A DNA stretch of 56,767 bases, the filler included, from Sphacelaria rigidula (taxonomy: Eukaryota), in NCBI GenBank assembly GCA_964200075.2. It is 3 parts of 3 records of this genome, joined end to end, with 100 filler letters (N's around TTAATTAATTAA, not from the genome) between each part and the next. Parts side by side here need not be neighbours in the genome. Positions count along the whole stretch, not along the records: positions 37,918 to 56,767 come from CAXNAA020000777.1; 2 more parts are not named here. One strand, 5' to 3'. The notes below the pieces were generated by a model, which worked only from the letters and a program-made list of their open reading frames with translations, ran no database searches and was not told the DNA's origin. Position numbers and translations under genes: made by a program. Position 1 is the stretch's first letter; each line of letters opens with the position of its first letter. Below are positions 44,591 through 56,767 of this stretch, piece after piece.

Positions 44591-45194
44591 TGTTTGCTAC
44601 AGTTTGGTATCGGGTATTGGGTCGAAAATATATTGCCCCGAATACGTATAGGATACTTATGTTTTCTAAGCGTGATTTTTGGGCCCTAGCGTGATTTGTT
44701 TTGGCGAGTCTTAGACCCACTTTTATGGCAGCGAATCCCGATTTTTAGGAGGATTTCAGCCCGTCTACAGACGATTTTCTCCCGTGAATTGATTTTTCGG
44801 AACCCAGTCCGTTAGGCAATGCTTTTCGGCTAGCTGTGAGCAGACCAGATCAATTCTTCGATTTTCTGGGCGTTGACTTTCGATACGTCACCGTTCTGCT
44901 GAAATCGGGACACTCCCGCATCTCCATAGAAAGGTCTTTCGAGATGTCAACGCCCGGGTGTCCGAGTGGAATTCCGGGTGTCCGAGTGGATGCCAAATGG
45001 TTCCGAAATGTTTTTTTCACCTAGGACCCCAACATTTCGGTGATCGGAATCCAAATTTCTATGAGGTGTAGCAATTGTCAATAGCTATCAGTAGGTGAAG
45101 AAATGGAACCATATTTCGAATATTTGGTGCGGATACGAAGATTTTAATCCTCCAGGTTTCTCATCCCCAATAAATGATCCATCCCCAATTTGTA

Positions 45195-48100
45195 AGATCC
45201 CGTGTTTAATGGCTTTGGTTAGAATGTCCGCATGCTGTTCTGATTAAATATACTTCACGGATATGTCACCGCTAGCAACCAACCCCATGAGGAGATAGTA
45301 CCGTATATCAATGTGTCTGCTGTTTGACGAGCTTGAGGGGTTTTCTGCTCTATCGCCCCTTTCTTGCCCTCAAAAACGCCAATGGTTTTCGACCCCAAAC
45401 TGGGCATTAGGAACTTCAGGACCTCCTTGACACCGTCTGCCATTGCTACATACTCTGCCTCAGTAGTAGATAAGGTGACGCACGTCTGCGTCCTACAAAA
45501 CCAAGACACCAGCGTGCCTTCACAGCTAATAGCTACACCGTAAACGGACCGTCGGTCCTCTGCCTTATGGGCGTAGTCTGCGTCAACGTATGTATTCAAA
45601 TCAAAGTTCAACTGAATACATCCCAAGTCGCTAGTCGCTACTCTTCTTGGATAGTAAACCTAGGTCCGACGTTCTACTCAAATACTCGAGTATCTTCTGT
45701 GCCGCCTTTTAGTGAGTCAGCCTGGGTTCATGAGAGAACCGAGCGACTGCTCGAACTGCATTCGCAATATTGGGCCTCGTCTAGTTCGCTATCCACATCA
45801 AGCTCCCCACGATCTCACGGAAAGGCACATCCACCACGGTCTCCCCTTCGCTCGCATGCCTGAGGTCTAAAGGAGGGGTAGCGGGAACGGGACTAGTCTT
45901 TTGAGACGTCAAAACGATTTAGCACACTCTTGATGAATTGGGTTCGTGAAATCTCCAGAGTATGTTCTTCCCTGTCCCTTTTGTACTAACTCCCCATGTA
46001 CCACTCTACCTCCCCGAGGTGTTTAGTGGGAAATCTCTGATTGAGTGCACCGACTACTACCTAAGTCACTTCCTCGGCAGCTGCCACCACGATATCGTCC
46101 ACATCTAAGACCGTCATCGCCACAACGTTTTCAGCAACCCTCAGTCAAAACACACGGGGGTCTACCAAGCATTGCTGGAAGCCACACCCCACCAGGGTTG
46201 ACAAGAATAGTTGATACCATGCACGACCACTCTGCTTCAAGCTGTACAAAACCTCGTTAAGGCAGACTACCTTACCAGATACGGATCCACAACCTGGGGG
46301 CAGGCGTAAGTAGATATCGGTGTCCAACTGCCACATGTCATAGCCGCCACTAACCTGTTAGACGTGGCAGATGTCGTAGGGGCAAATGTGTCGAAGTAGT
46401 TTACTCCCTCTACCTGACTATACCCCATGGCTACCATACGAGCTTTCGCCTGATCAACAACTCCATGTGAACCACTTTTCCACTTATAGACCTACTTGCG
46501 CCAACAATGTTCAACCCCTCTGGAATGCCAGCCACGTCCGCGAACGTTCCGGCAGCCATAAGCCCATTACACTCTATCCTCATCGCCTCCATCCACACAT
46601 CCAAGTATTGTGATGAACACGCCGCAGGGTGTGACAACGGCTCCGGCCCCGCTTCCTTGATGAGACATTTAGGGAGCTCGCCCAGTTTACGGGTGACGTC
46701 CTGTACCGCCAGCAGGCCATGGATGTTTCCCCCCCCTTCATCGGGTCCTAACATTGCCACGGGCCCAGATGCTTCGCCCGCGCCTCGCTCTGGTTCGTCC
46801 AAGTTACTCGCCATTTCTAGATCCAACCAGATTTGACTCGAGTTGCCGCGCCGCAGTCCGCGCTGCCGTTGGAACTCAAACACTTTCGTCCGATGTAGAC
46901 GGTTGCTCTCCTCCACCGAGTGGTAGCGATCTGCAGACAGCTCACTACTCACCGATAACAAAATAAACACCTAAAGAATCAGTTGTGTTGTGGGGGGCCG
47001 GCTGATTTTCATCGCCAAGAGAACCCCGCTCACCTTCACCACCATGGTCTGCGCTCTTCGCTGGAAATATCACTCGACGCTGACGGGGATTTCCTCTCCC
47101 CAGTAGCGGGGATGGAGTCGGTGCAGCAGAGTCGAAATCGTCTAGCCCTCCTGGCTCTGAAGTCTCTCCCAGCTCCGGTGTCCCTCCCGGCTGTGACGTC
47201 CCTCCGAGATCCGATGCTCCTGCCAGCTTTTGTGGAGCTGACTGCTGCAGCTGTACCGGCGGCACCACTACGACCGGCGGCGCCTCCCAGGTGACGTCCC
47301 TTGTTTCCACTACTTTATTGGCACGCGTCAGCATCCGCAATGAATCGCGGGGGTGGTTGATGCCGGGCCCGAGGTAAAAGCTACTCTCGTACTCGGGAAA
47401 CGACTTTGACGGTCGGTTCCAGCGGCAATATCTCGGACGAACAAATGGGTGTGGTGATGCAGGTGCTGCCTCACCGTACCACATCTCGTACGACGACTTG
47501 TTTCCTGGGTTGGACGTCGTCGCGGTGTGATTGAGGGCGTCACATGCCCAATACATCGCCTCAGCCCAGAGGGTCGCCGATGTTGGCAGTTTGACATGTC
47601 CAAAGAGGATGGGGACTTGGATGCGAGCAGCTAGTACGGCGTTTTGAATGATGCTCAGAGCTCTTTCGGCACCGCCGTTCAGGTTCGGACACTTCGCGCT
47701 GGCGAATTCCTGCTTGATACAGTAGGGCCTACACACTCGTTAAAATCATCACCGAAACACTCTCCTCCGTCGTCAGGCCTAACGATTGTCACTTCCAAAG
47801 GTACACCATACGCACGTACATCAACCAAGAACTTCCTACAAGCATCAGCGGTATCAGACTTACGCTCGAGAAAATATACCCATGCGTACCGGGTAAAATC
47901 GTCCTTCAATATCATTATATACTTCTTCCCAAGCAACGAAGGAATTTCCTCAGGACCGCTAAGATTAACTAAAACTCCTCCTAGCTTTTGTAAAGCACGA
48001 GATTTCGTGATGTTTGCGATTGATTTCCTACACCCCTTTGCCATAAAACATCCTGCACACGGTTTCAAGTTACCCAGTAACTCTATACCTGAAGAGTTTG

Positions 48101-50085
48101 CTGTCTCTCAATTAAAATTCATTTGTATGTACCTGTACGCAGTAAAAAACGTTGACGTCTACCGCAGTTTCGCTTGAGTCAGTACTACCGGGGGCTACAA
48201 CAGGGAACGCCAGGGGAACAGGGGGGGCGGATTGCACTGAACTTTTAACAGACTCGAGAACCAACAAGGGGAACGGGATGTAGTCATCATCAGGATCAAT
48301 CCTTTTACCATACGTGAAGTACCCACACCCATCACTCCAAAACCTAAGACGCTCATCCAGTAGGGTCACACTCTTGTCGGAGTCATCAGTCGAGAAGCCT
48401 ACTCCTCGCGTGTGCGCAGCCACTACTGAGGATACATTGCAAGCTAAATCCGGTACGTATGCGACCTTCTCAAGCCTTACTTTTTCTCCGCAGCCCTGTT
48501 GGGGGAAACTACAGTCAATGACCCACAACACTCAACGTTGATGAGGGTATTATTACCGATTTTAACCTCGTCTTCAGATGGTTGCACATCACGGTACATT
48601 TCAGCTGATTTAGTCATATGAAATGTTGCTCCACTATCAGCTATCCACCTGTCACCATCATCGTCACTGCTTTCAATCACTCCTACTGTATCCTCCTTAC
48701 GTTGTCGCATACCAATCGACAAACACGCTCGGATATCAACAGAGCCACCCTGTGATTTCTTCGGGGCTGGGATGACGTGTGCGGTACAGTCAAACCATAG
48801 GTGTCCTGGCCCTAAGCAGCGATGACACTTGTTTCGCATGTCGTCATACTTCTTGTCCACGTTTTCAGTGCTTTCATTTTGGTCGTTTTTATCTGCTGCA
48901 GCACCACTGGAAACACCCCCACCTCCTTTGGGACCACCCTTGGCGCCATCTTGATTGCGATTTCGCCGGGAGGACTTGCTCGTAATGAGATCTTATCCGA
49001 CGTCACGGTTCTTCGTACTCCTCCTTCACATATGCGTTGGTCTCTGTCGTACGATAGCCCCTATCTCTGCCCGGGTTATGTCGTCTCTGTAGAAGATTGT
49101 ACGCTGTTCGTACCCGTAGTCACTTGTAGGTACCTCAGCTATCTTGAGGTTAAGATCTTCTACAGGGACGTTACCCCGAGTGATACTAGTACACCCACAG
49201 TCTTATCTACGCGCGCGAAAAGCTTCGCCGAATGTTTTTTTTTTTCATCCGTATCTCGTTGAAAAGGCGTTTCCACTTCGATTTTTACGAGAGAGTTCTC
49301 GGGGAGAAACCAATCAACTAAAAGCGCCATCCTACACTCGGGGAGTTTGTGTCAAGCACCCTACTGAGTAATTCACGGTCCGTGACACTCTATGTCAAAT
49401 ATGTCATAGCAGTACGTGCTCGTCTTATGCTGGTCTCACTAAACCCTTGGTCGACCAAAAACTGTAAACTCACTGAGGGGTCGCCTACGTGCATATCAAT
49501 TGTCGTACTGGAGGCCTGCACACAATCGTTGGATAAAGCACACCCATCAAATCGTCTCTTCCACAATGGAAAATCACCACTTCCTCCTAACTTGGGATCA
49601 GCAGCTTTGATGCTTCTTATTTCCCTAGCATTCAACGCGAAAGTTCTACCTCCTACAGTCCTAACCTCACCGACGTCTGGCAGGAGGCTATCGGTGGTGA
49701 CTACACCCCTGCGACCGGAAGCAGACCCTGCACGCTCCACGCTCATAGTACCATCGAGATACGACGGTTGATCTCCGCCGACGGACCTTTCAATTCATCC
49801 GCCTCTGCTTTCCTGGGCAGTCTCGACCCGTGACAGCCTTCCTACCAAGGTCCTTGTCTGCGCCTCGAGCAGCGCCCTCAATTCTTCCACTGCGTTGTCT
49901 CGATCAGCCATCTCAGAGCAACGATCCAAGTTTAAACTTATACGTCGACGTATTCGAAGGATCGTGTTGATCAGATGATCTTGGAGCAACAACAGCCCCT
50001 TCCTGTGTGCTCAAACAGCTCACTGCCCGCTTACAGTGACTGAGAAGAAGATGATGCGTTGTAAGTCTTTATTATAATTATCCTC
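45195..50085 (-). mobile_element. Decayed Ty1/copia LTR retrotransposon, 3' truncated
   Basis: Order on the minus strand: gag (ATG 49911; PKLGGSGDFPLWKRRF), zinc knuckle CHRCLGPGHLWFDC, protease WIADSGATFHMT, integrase (CAGC; LKDDFTRYAWVYFL; RPDDGGE; NGGAER; LWAEAMYWA), RT (IYLRLPPG; LYSLKQSGRAW), RNase H (YVDADYA..RRSV; LSTTEAEYVA; QHADILTK). IN before RT defines copia. Frameshifts present; no matching LTR pair found. Confidence 0.93.
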
Positions 50086-53000
50086 ACGCAGAAAATTGGG
50101 TCAAGGGAGGTGAGGGAGACGAGTAAGGGCGTAGGGCGTAGAGCACTACCCTGTGACGACAGCCTACGATCCAAAGCCTATAGCGTCGCAAGATCCGCGA
50201 TACACTTCCCAAAATATAGAAACTCGGAACAATTTTCCTTCCTCCAATCACAAGGAACGTCCTCCGTAACCTCGCCAGAACAATCGAGTGCTCCGCAATT
50301 TTCCCGCTCATGCTTCCGGCTTCTGTCCGTAAATCAACTATATTGCACACACTTACCACCTTTCACCGGCAATCGTAAACGTGCAAGAGTAGTGGCGGAT
50401 GGTATGGGCTCGCGGAGTGTTGCAACGAAGTTCTTGTTCAGAGCTGTGAAGACGTCGTCAGAGACCGCTTGGCAACGTTTCGTGCGCACCATGGACTCAC
50501 AAAGAGTGCTGCTCAAATAAACAACACAGCACAGTAATTACGTGCAGAAAGTTACGCTAGAGTGGATTATACCTGTGCTACCGACAGTGACGTTGCCCAC
50601 GCGGATTGCCGTAGGTTTTGAACTTCCGGACGGATTGCCGCCCAAACGAGTCTCGGATGCGTGCAGCCTTTCAGGGACTAGGCTTGCACCTTTTACGCAT
50701 GCGCTGGGACTCCCTGTGCGTGTCATTTGGCTGCGCAGGGACAGCACAACCTGGGATCGAAATTGCTTTTACGTTCATCCTGTCCACAAAAACGGACGCT
50801 AAGCTTTTATGTGTCATTCGTCGGTCGTGAATGGATGCGACGTCTACCGTTGCTCTGACCCAGCATACGCAGCCGAAACTCGGAACAGCTTTCACGGTAT
50901 TAAAGGCTGCTGGCCTTGATCAAGGGGTGGTCGTGACTGGGTATGTATCGGGTTCGTATTATGAATGTTTTGTGTCGTGGAGCACTGTTTTCCCTGCCAT
51001 ACAGCTCCAACGCTCGAATACAAGTACCCCTGTGCCCATAACCACATGATTGAAAGGTGATTTGGTGTCTTTTCTTGGCCAAAAAGGTATTACGAACATA
51101 TTTTTTTGGAGCTGTTCTTGTTTTTCACCACGTGTATCCGTGTGCGTGTACGTCGATCACAAACCGATACCAGGAATGGACAAGACCGGCGACACAGCGG
51201 TCGAGACGCGAAGAGAAGGAGAGGTGGGCGGGAGGAAATTGATCCGTTGGACCCCCTGGGCAAGGCTGGTGGGAAGTGGTCGGACGGACTCGTGCAGGTT
51301 CGTGTTTATCCTCTTGTGTACGGTGTATATCCGTTAGACACGACCAGGGAATGATGGTCGAAGCCATTGACCACAAGGCTCTGATAGAAAATGGTTGAGC
51401 GTCCCCTGGGCTACAGCTGGCGATATTTCTGGCCCCGAGTAGAAGAACCGTGATTGAAACCAAGATTTTACTCCCCAACCTTGCGTGTACGGTGTACGTC
51501 GGTTGCATACAACACTCGGGAGTGATTCCTACCGCCCATGCTCTTCAATACTCGAACTTGACTGTCACATGATCGTTGTGATTATTACACGAAACTGAGA
51601 ATTGTCGCCTGTCAGTATCCACGAACAACGGTGCAGAGTTGGCTTCAGTCGTGATACTGCACTAGTCAGTCGAAACTCTGCACCGATTCTACCGTCAGCA
51701 TTCCATGATACAAATTTCGCCAAGAGAGGGTCGTCGAGCGTGAAAATCGATTGCATGTTTTTGCTATACTTCATGCGGATTGCGATAAACCGTCCTCCGC
51801 TTGTGTCGATTTTTCTTGCCACTCATCCCTCCGCTGTCTCAGGTGGGAGAGCGGATGGCAGACAGCACCGCCAGCGGACCGCTGTGGCAGCAACGACCCT
51901 ACCCTGCCCCTGGAAAAATTCTGCGTGCCAAGGCGCCAAGCGAGTCGGAAACTGCTGGACCACGACAACGAGGCTAAAGCTGTAACAGCCATATATCTTT
52001 TGCAGATTGGGTGACGTTAAGAGGCCGCGAGTGACATGTAGATACTGTCGGGGTAGGTTATGTTCGCGACGCCAAATCTGAGTGCAGGTATTTGTCCAGT
52101 ACATTTGGCTGGCAATCGAGGATGGAAATATTTGTGAAGTGCAGCACATGTAAAAAACGAGGGGCGTGTGGGTGCATACGTGAAAAGCTACGGGAGGGGG
52201 CTGTTGGAAGACGAGGGCGTTGTGGAGAGCGGAGATTATAGAAGGGCTATTAGAGATTGGGCTCGTGTGGACAAATATTGGCGGTACGTAAATATGAGGC
52301 AGACGTTGGTGCGGACGTTGGTCATCCGACATACCGCTTCTATGCGCGGTTTCAAATCTTTCGGGTGCAGGACTGTGGACACTCGAATTGATGCCAGTAC
52401 AGAACGGTGTCCGTCTCGTTAGTTTCGCAAAAAAATTCTGTGTCCCTCGACGCACGTGCATCGGTTCCCAACGCGGATCGTTCGTGTTCTGTGGCTTGCG
52501 TGGGTGGCGCACCAATTGCTACTCTTGACGGAGGGCCATACCCCCAAAATGTATTCCTTGCCGGTTTTGGTCAGCAGTACGGTACACAGCTGGCAAATTT
52601 TTCCCATGGCGAAAAATTGAAACTAGTTGTCATGGGTGCGGTTGTCGCGATCAGTATGATGGCCATTACGTCCTCCTGAACGGATCGGCGATGTCGGTAT
52701 TCGTCACGAACTCACGTTGCAGTGGCGAAAACAACGTACGAAAGCAGAATCGGCAGATTATGGCCAAACATAGGTGGCATCCGATGAAAGTGGGGACGAG
52801 CATGTATGCCTTGCCTTCAGGGCCGTTGTAGCGTACAAGAAAGGGCTGGTGGATTGCCCGCGACTTCCCAGCTATGCTGAGCACTATCCCGCCTCATCAC
52901 CCATTTTCTCTTGCCGCATGTAGCATATAGAGAGCAACACTGAATGTTACAAGTATTAAAACCGGAAAATGATCAAATCTGCGTCTTTTCCAGTAAAGTG

Positions 53001-54750
53001 AACGGGAGTTGGGCAACAAAAAAGTTGGATCACCGGATCTGAGTGTGAACAACGGGAATTGGATCTTCAGGAGGGGTTGATAGTCCGTTGTGCTCCTCCT
53101 GTGCGCTGAACGCGTTTTCGTCCAAATCGGCACCTGTTGCGCCGAGTTGAGGTCTACCGATGTCCCAGCTTGCCTGGAGAACCATATGCACCTCCCTCAC
53201 CTGAGAGTTCGCGGTATGCCTTGGGTTGCACAGGCGGACAAATGGCACCCTGAAGGACACCTGTACAGGGTTGAGTGACCTTGTACAGCATCTGCAATGC
53301 CTGGTACCTCTACCAGCATTTTGTATAGCGTTCTCTCTACATCCTCATTGTGAGCAAGGCTGTGGAGGCACTCCCACTTTGAAAATTCCAAACTATTTTG
53401 CGCCAAGATCCGTAGAATCATTTATTCAGCAGAATCTGTTCGAAATAAATCCTCTTTTTGTCCCAGTTTCCAATATTGGGCAAAGAGAGGGTACATTCCG
53501 AACAGCTTCTCCGAATCGATCCTCTCCTTGCCCAATTTCCAATACTGGGCAAAGTGAGGATTCATTTCGGACAGCTTTTGCTGTGTACAAATCCCATACA
53601 CTGGCAGAATTGGAATTTTTACAGCGGGAGCTGCTCGAAATAAATACCCACTTTGCCCGCCGATTCATCCATAAATCGGGCAAAAAGAAAAAATATTGCA
53701 AACAGCCTCAGCTGTGCAAGTCCAACATACTGTACCGTAATCGACGTGTGAGATTCGAGAGGCACAGGAAACTGTTGAAAACCTGTGAATTTGCCCCTGG
53801 ATTCACATGTCACTTGGGGCAAGAAGAAATTTTCAACAGTACGTATGTATTACGGACAAATTCCAATTTCACAAAGTGAAGTTGGTTTCTGCTGCACGTG
53901 AAAATTCGACCGAGGGGTGTTTTGCGACTGCGTTTTAGCGTCGTGATTCTTGCGATCGGATCCTTGCGGTAGTTTTTTTTGCTCGGTTTTTCCAGTCTAA
54001 AACCCTTATCGAATGCGTTTTGGGGGGGATAACTTCGTCAAACGGGCACTAAACGCATCCTGCTCAAAGGGGCACCTGGACACACAGCTGTTGCCGCTGT
54101 TTACCAAATATGATCCTCCGAATCGAAGCCTTGAGTGAGAACCCCCAGCATTTGGTGCTCATGTATTACGCAGGGTGATCTTCATCTATATAGTATCATG
54201 CTCCAAAACTCACCTGACACGGGGGCAACGCCCCCGCACAGACAGTAGCAATGCTAGCGGATCCTACGTCCTGAGAGTCTGTGACAGTCTGGCAGCCGGC
54301 AAGGTGGTTCTATGGTAGTGTCTTTCTTGCGATGTCAGCTTACAGAGCACTGGAGCAGAGTTTGCAGTTGAATATTTCGGCGATTGCCGACGTGCGACAA
54401 TACCCATGCACCTGGCGCATTATTTCCTCCTCCCCACTTTAAATCGATTATGACCTGTTTGCGTGTTGTTACCCTCATATTGTATTAATATACTGTAGCA
54501 TTTCAATACGAGAACATATCGCTTGTTTCTCCCCGTATTGGACGCTGGCTTTATTCTTTCAACGCCATCACCAGCAGTAGCCACGCGTGCGAGACACACC
54601 CGATGTGCACAGCTCGCGCAGGGGGATGCGCACAGCTGTATCTTCTAGCACTTAGCCTGCTGAGGAAGCATTGACTTATCAGCGGGCAGTACGGACCAGC
54701 GCTTTCCGGCATGGTGGCTATCACGCGCAAGGTGCGTGGGCGTGGTAGCA

Positions 54751-54864
54751 CGCACGGGGGGCCACTAGGGTGCCTGCAACCTCAAATTTGGACGTTACAA
54801 ACGTTGCACAAGGTCTGTAACGTCCAAATTTGAGGTTGCAGGCACCCCGGTGGCCATCCGTGCG
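54751..54864. repeat. 114-bp hairpin (MITE or pre-miRNA-like)
   Basis: gggtgcctgcaacctcaaatttggacgttaca pairs perfectly with tgtaacgtccaaatttgaggttgcaggcaccc; the outer stem is imperfect. Confidence 0.85.
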
Positions 54865-56767
54865 ATTGAAACGCAGACCGTCTCTCGCATGAGGAAAAAC
54901 GGCAGCAGCAGCGGCAGCAGCAGCAGCAGCAGTATCGGCACCGGCTGATTCAGACCCATCCCCAGCCGTACACATTTACTGGCAATAAAGATACCTCTGG
55001 TGGTGGTGGTGGTGGTGGTGGTGGTGCTTCTCGTGCGGGAGGCGGTCCGCGTTTCGACGTGCGACAGTACCCATGCACCTGGCGCGTTATTGCCCCCTCC
55101 TACAGTACTAGTAGTATTTAGAGTAGACTACGATGTGTTTGCGTGTTGTCACCCCCGTACAGTAGTAGCTTTTTCAGTACAAGTACATATCAGCCGTTTT
55201 CCCCTGTATTGGACGAGGAGTTGGAAGACGAGATAGCCCCCGATGATGACCATGCCCACTGTGATACTGGAAGTGATGGCGATAGCGATGATGGTGATGA
55301 TTGCAATAGCAATGGTGATGACGGTGGAGTCTCGAGTTGCGGTGGCGCAGTTGGAGAGTGAAAGCAATAGGTTCACATACAGGTCGGGATGTGGACGCGA
55401 ACATACAGTTCAGGGCGGGGTCGAGATGCCGTCATGTATCATGGATGGGGTGTTGCGATGGGGTGTATGGCGGGATCATACGAAGCGATTTTGGGTTGGA
55501 TGCAAACGATTTTTCTTTCGACTGAGATATTGCTGCATCATACATGCTCAAACCGGATTGGAAAGCTCGACCGGTATTTGCAGTACAGTGCATTCGTGCA
55601 ATCAATTATTCAAGTTGTGCATCGACCGTCGAAGAAGGAGATCAATAGTGTTTTTTTATGCACCCTTCTTCACGACAGTGGGCGCCCAATCATCCGCTCG
55701 GCACATCACTGCGTTGGCAGTGATATCCCCCCAGCACGTCACTGACGAGCAACTTGACGCTAGAGATTTTCTTCTGGACACGGGCCTCGAGACGAACAAA
55801 AGCGAGAACATCGTCGACAATCAAACAAACCTATTCGCACGGACAAATCGTTGTTATTGTCCGTCGCCCGCAGCAAACCAGGGGTGGGCGGCACGTACAA
55901 CCACGGACGCACTTGCTACTCCTCCCCAAAATTGCACATCAGCGCTGTTGTGCGGTACTTCTGAGGGCTTTTTGTCATAACGGCTAGGCTCTTCAAACCT
56001 CATTTTCATGACGAACCGCATTTGGTAGGATCCCTTGTTAATTGGTTGTCTCTCAAACCGGCACAAGTCGCTGGTCTGTTCGCGTGATGTTTCACCGTTT
56101 CTGTATCACTTGTTTCCCACCCTAGCATACTCGATTAGAACGGCACGTGATTTCTCGTGATAATGAAGTTGTGAACCGTCACTTCACGATCACTACCACG
56201 AAATAACAGCCGATCCCAATCTTTGGGGTTGAACTATAAAATGACGTTCAACCCGCAAATCGCTTCCGTTGGGAAAATACCAAACAGTAGCACAAAAGGA
56301 AGGTATTTTCCCCTAGAACTCCGCAGGAGGAGCTGGGCAGTTCGGGCTAGGTGCACCCAACGAATGCGTTGTACACGTCTCGATGGCGATACCACCAGAG
56401 AGAGAAGCAACGACAGAGAGGAAGCTCCTCGCCCGTGTCCTTTGTGTGTCCTCGCTCGGTGATTATCAAACGCTCGAGACTGGCATCATGCATGTTACTA
56501 GCATGAACCGAATTTTCCATGTTGTGCCTAAAGACCGACCTGCGGAGAGATCTCGTCTCTTCGTCTTGCCTGAGCACCTCATCATCGATGCGAAGATCAA
56601 TTTCTCTCTGGCTCTCTTTTTGGACAGCACGCGCCTCTGTGCGCTGAAGAACATGTCCTTGAAAAACAGGGCAATATTTCCGTCACCGCTACTACTGTTC
56701 TCTGTCACACACATGCCCGCAAGGACGGTGCTGCGGCAAAACCAGATAAATCCAATATGAACTTAGG

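Noticed and set aside
50000-50100. Defined 5' LTR and primer-binding site of the copia
   Set aside because: An AATAAA and a CA end are suggestive, but there is no second LTR to compare and I recognise no tRNA-complementary PBS.
55243-55980. 245-aa ORF as a gene
   Set aside because: It starts in a GAT-rich low-complexity tract, has no recognisable domain and no convincing splice or codon signal.

Overview
Eukaryotic, intron-rich and repeat-rich DNA, most consistent with a brown alga or related ochrophyte (inferred from a bipartite plastid presequence, intron style and TE types). It consists of three contigs joined by artificial N44-TTAATTAATTAA-N44 linkers (18862-18961, 37818-37917). Contig 1 carries a spliced gene that the ORF track does not show as a unit: a 12-exon, ~1001-aa Crypton-F/Ndc10-type tyrosine recombinase (minus, 17110-10132) with an apparently complete R-K-HxxR-H-Y catalytic set and a GCR1_C-like tail. 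Downstream of it lie a SAM-dependent methyltransferase exon, duplicated orphan segments and foldback repeats. Contig 2 carries a plastid-targeted enolase (minus, 3' part missing at the gap) head-to-head, 393 bp apart, with a 7-exon ~1908-aa SPEF2/CPC1-like flagellar central-pair gene. Contig 3 is mostly TE debris: a decayed RTE-like LINE, a decayed Ty1/copia element, and several long palindromes/MITEs. All gene models were hand-spliced using GT-AG sites and phase consistency, and family calls come from motif recognition; no database search was run.
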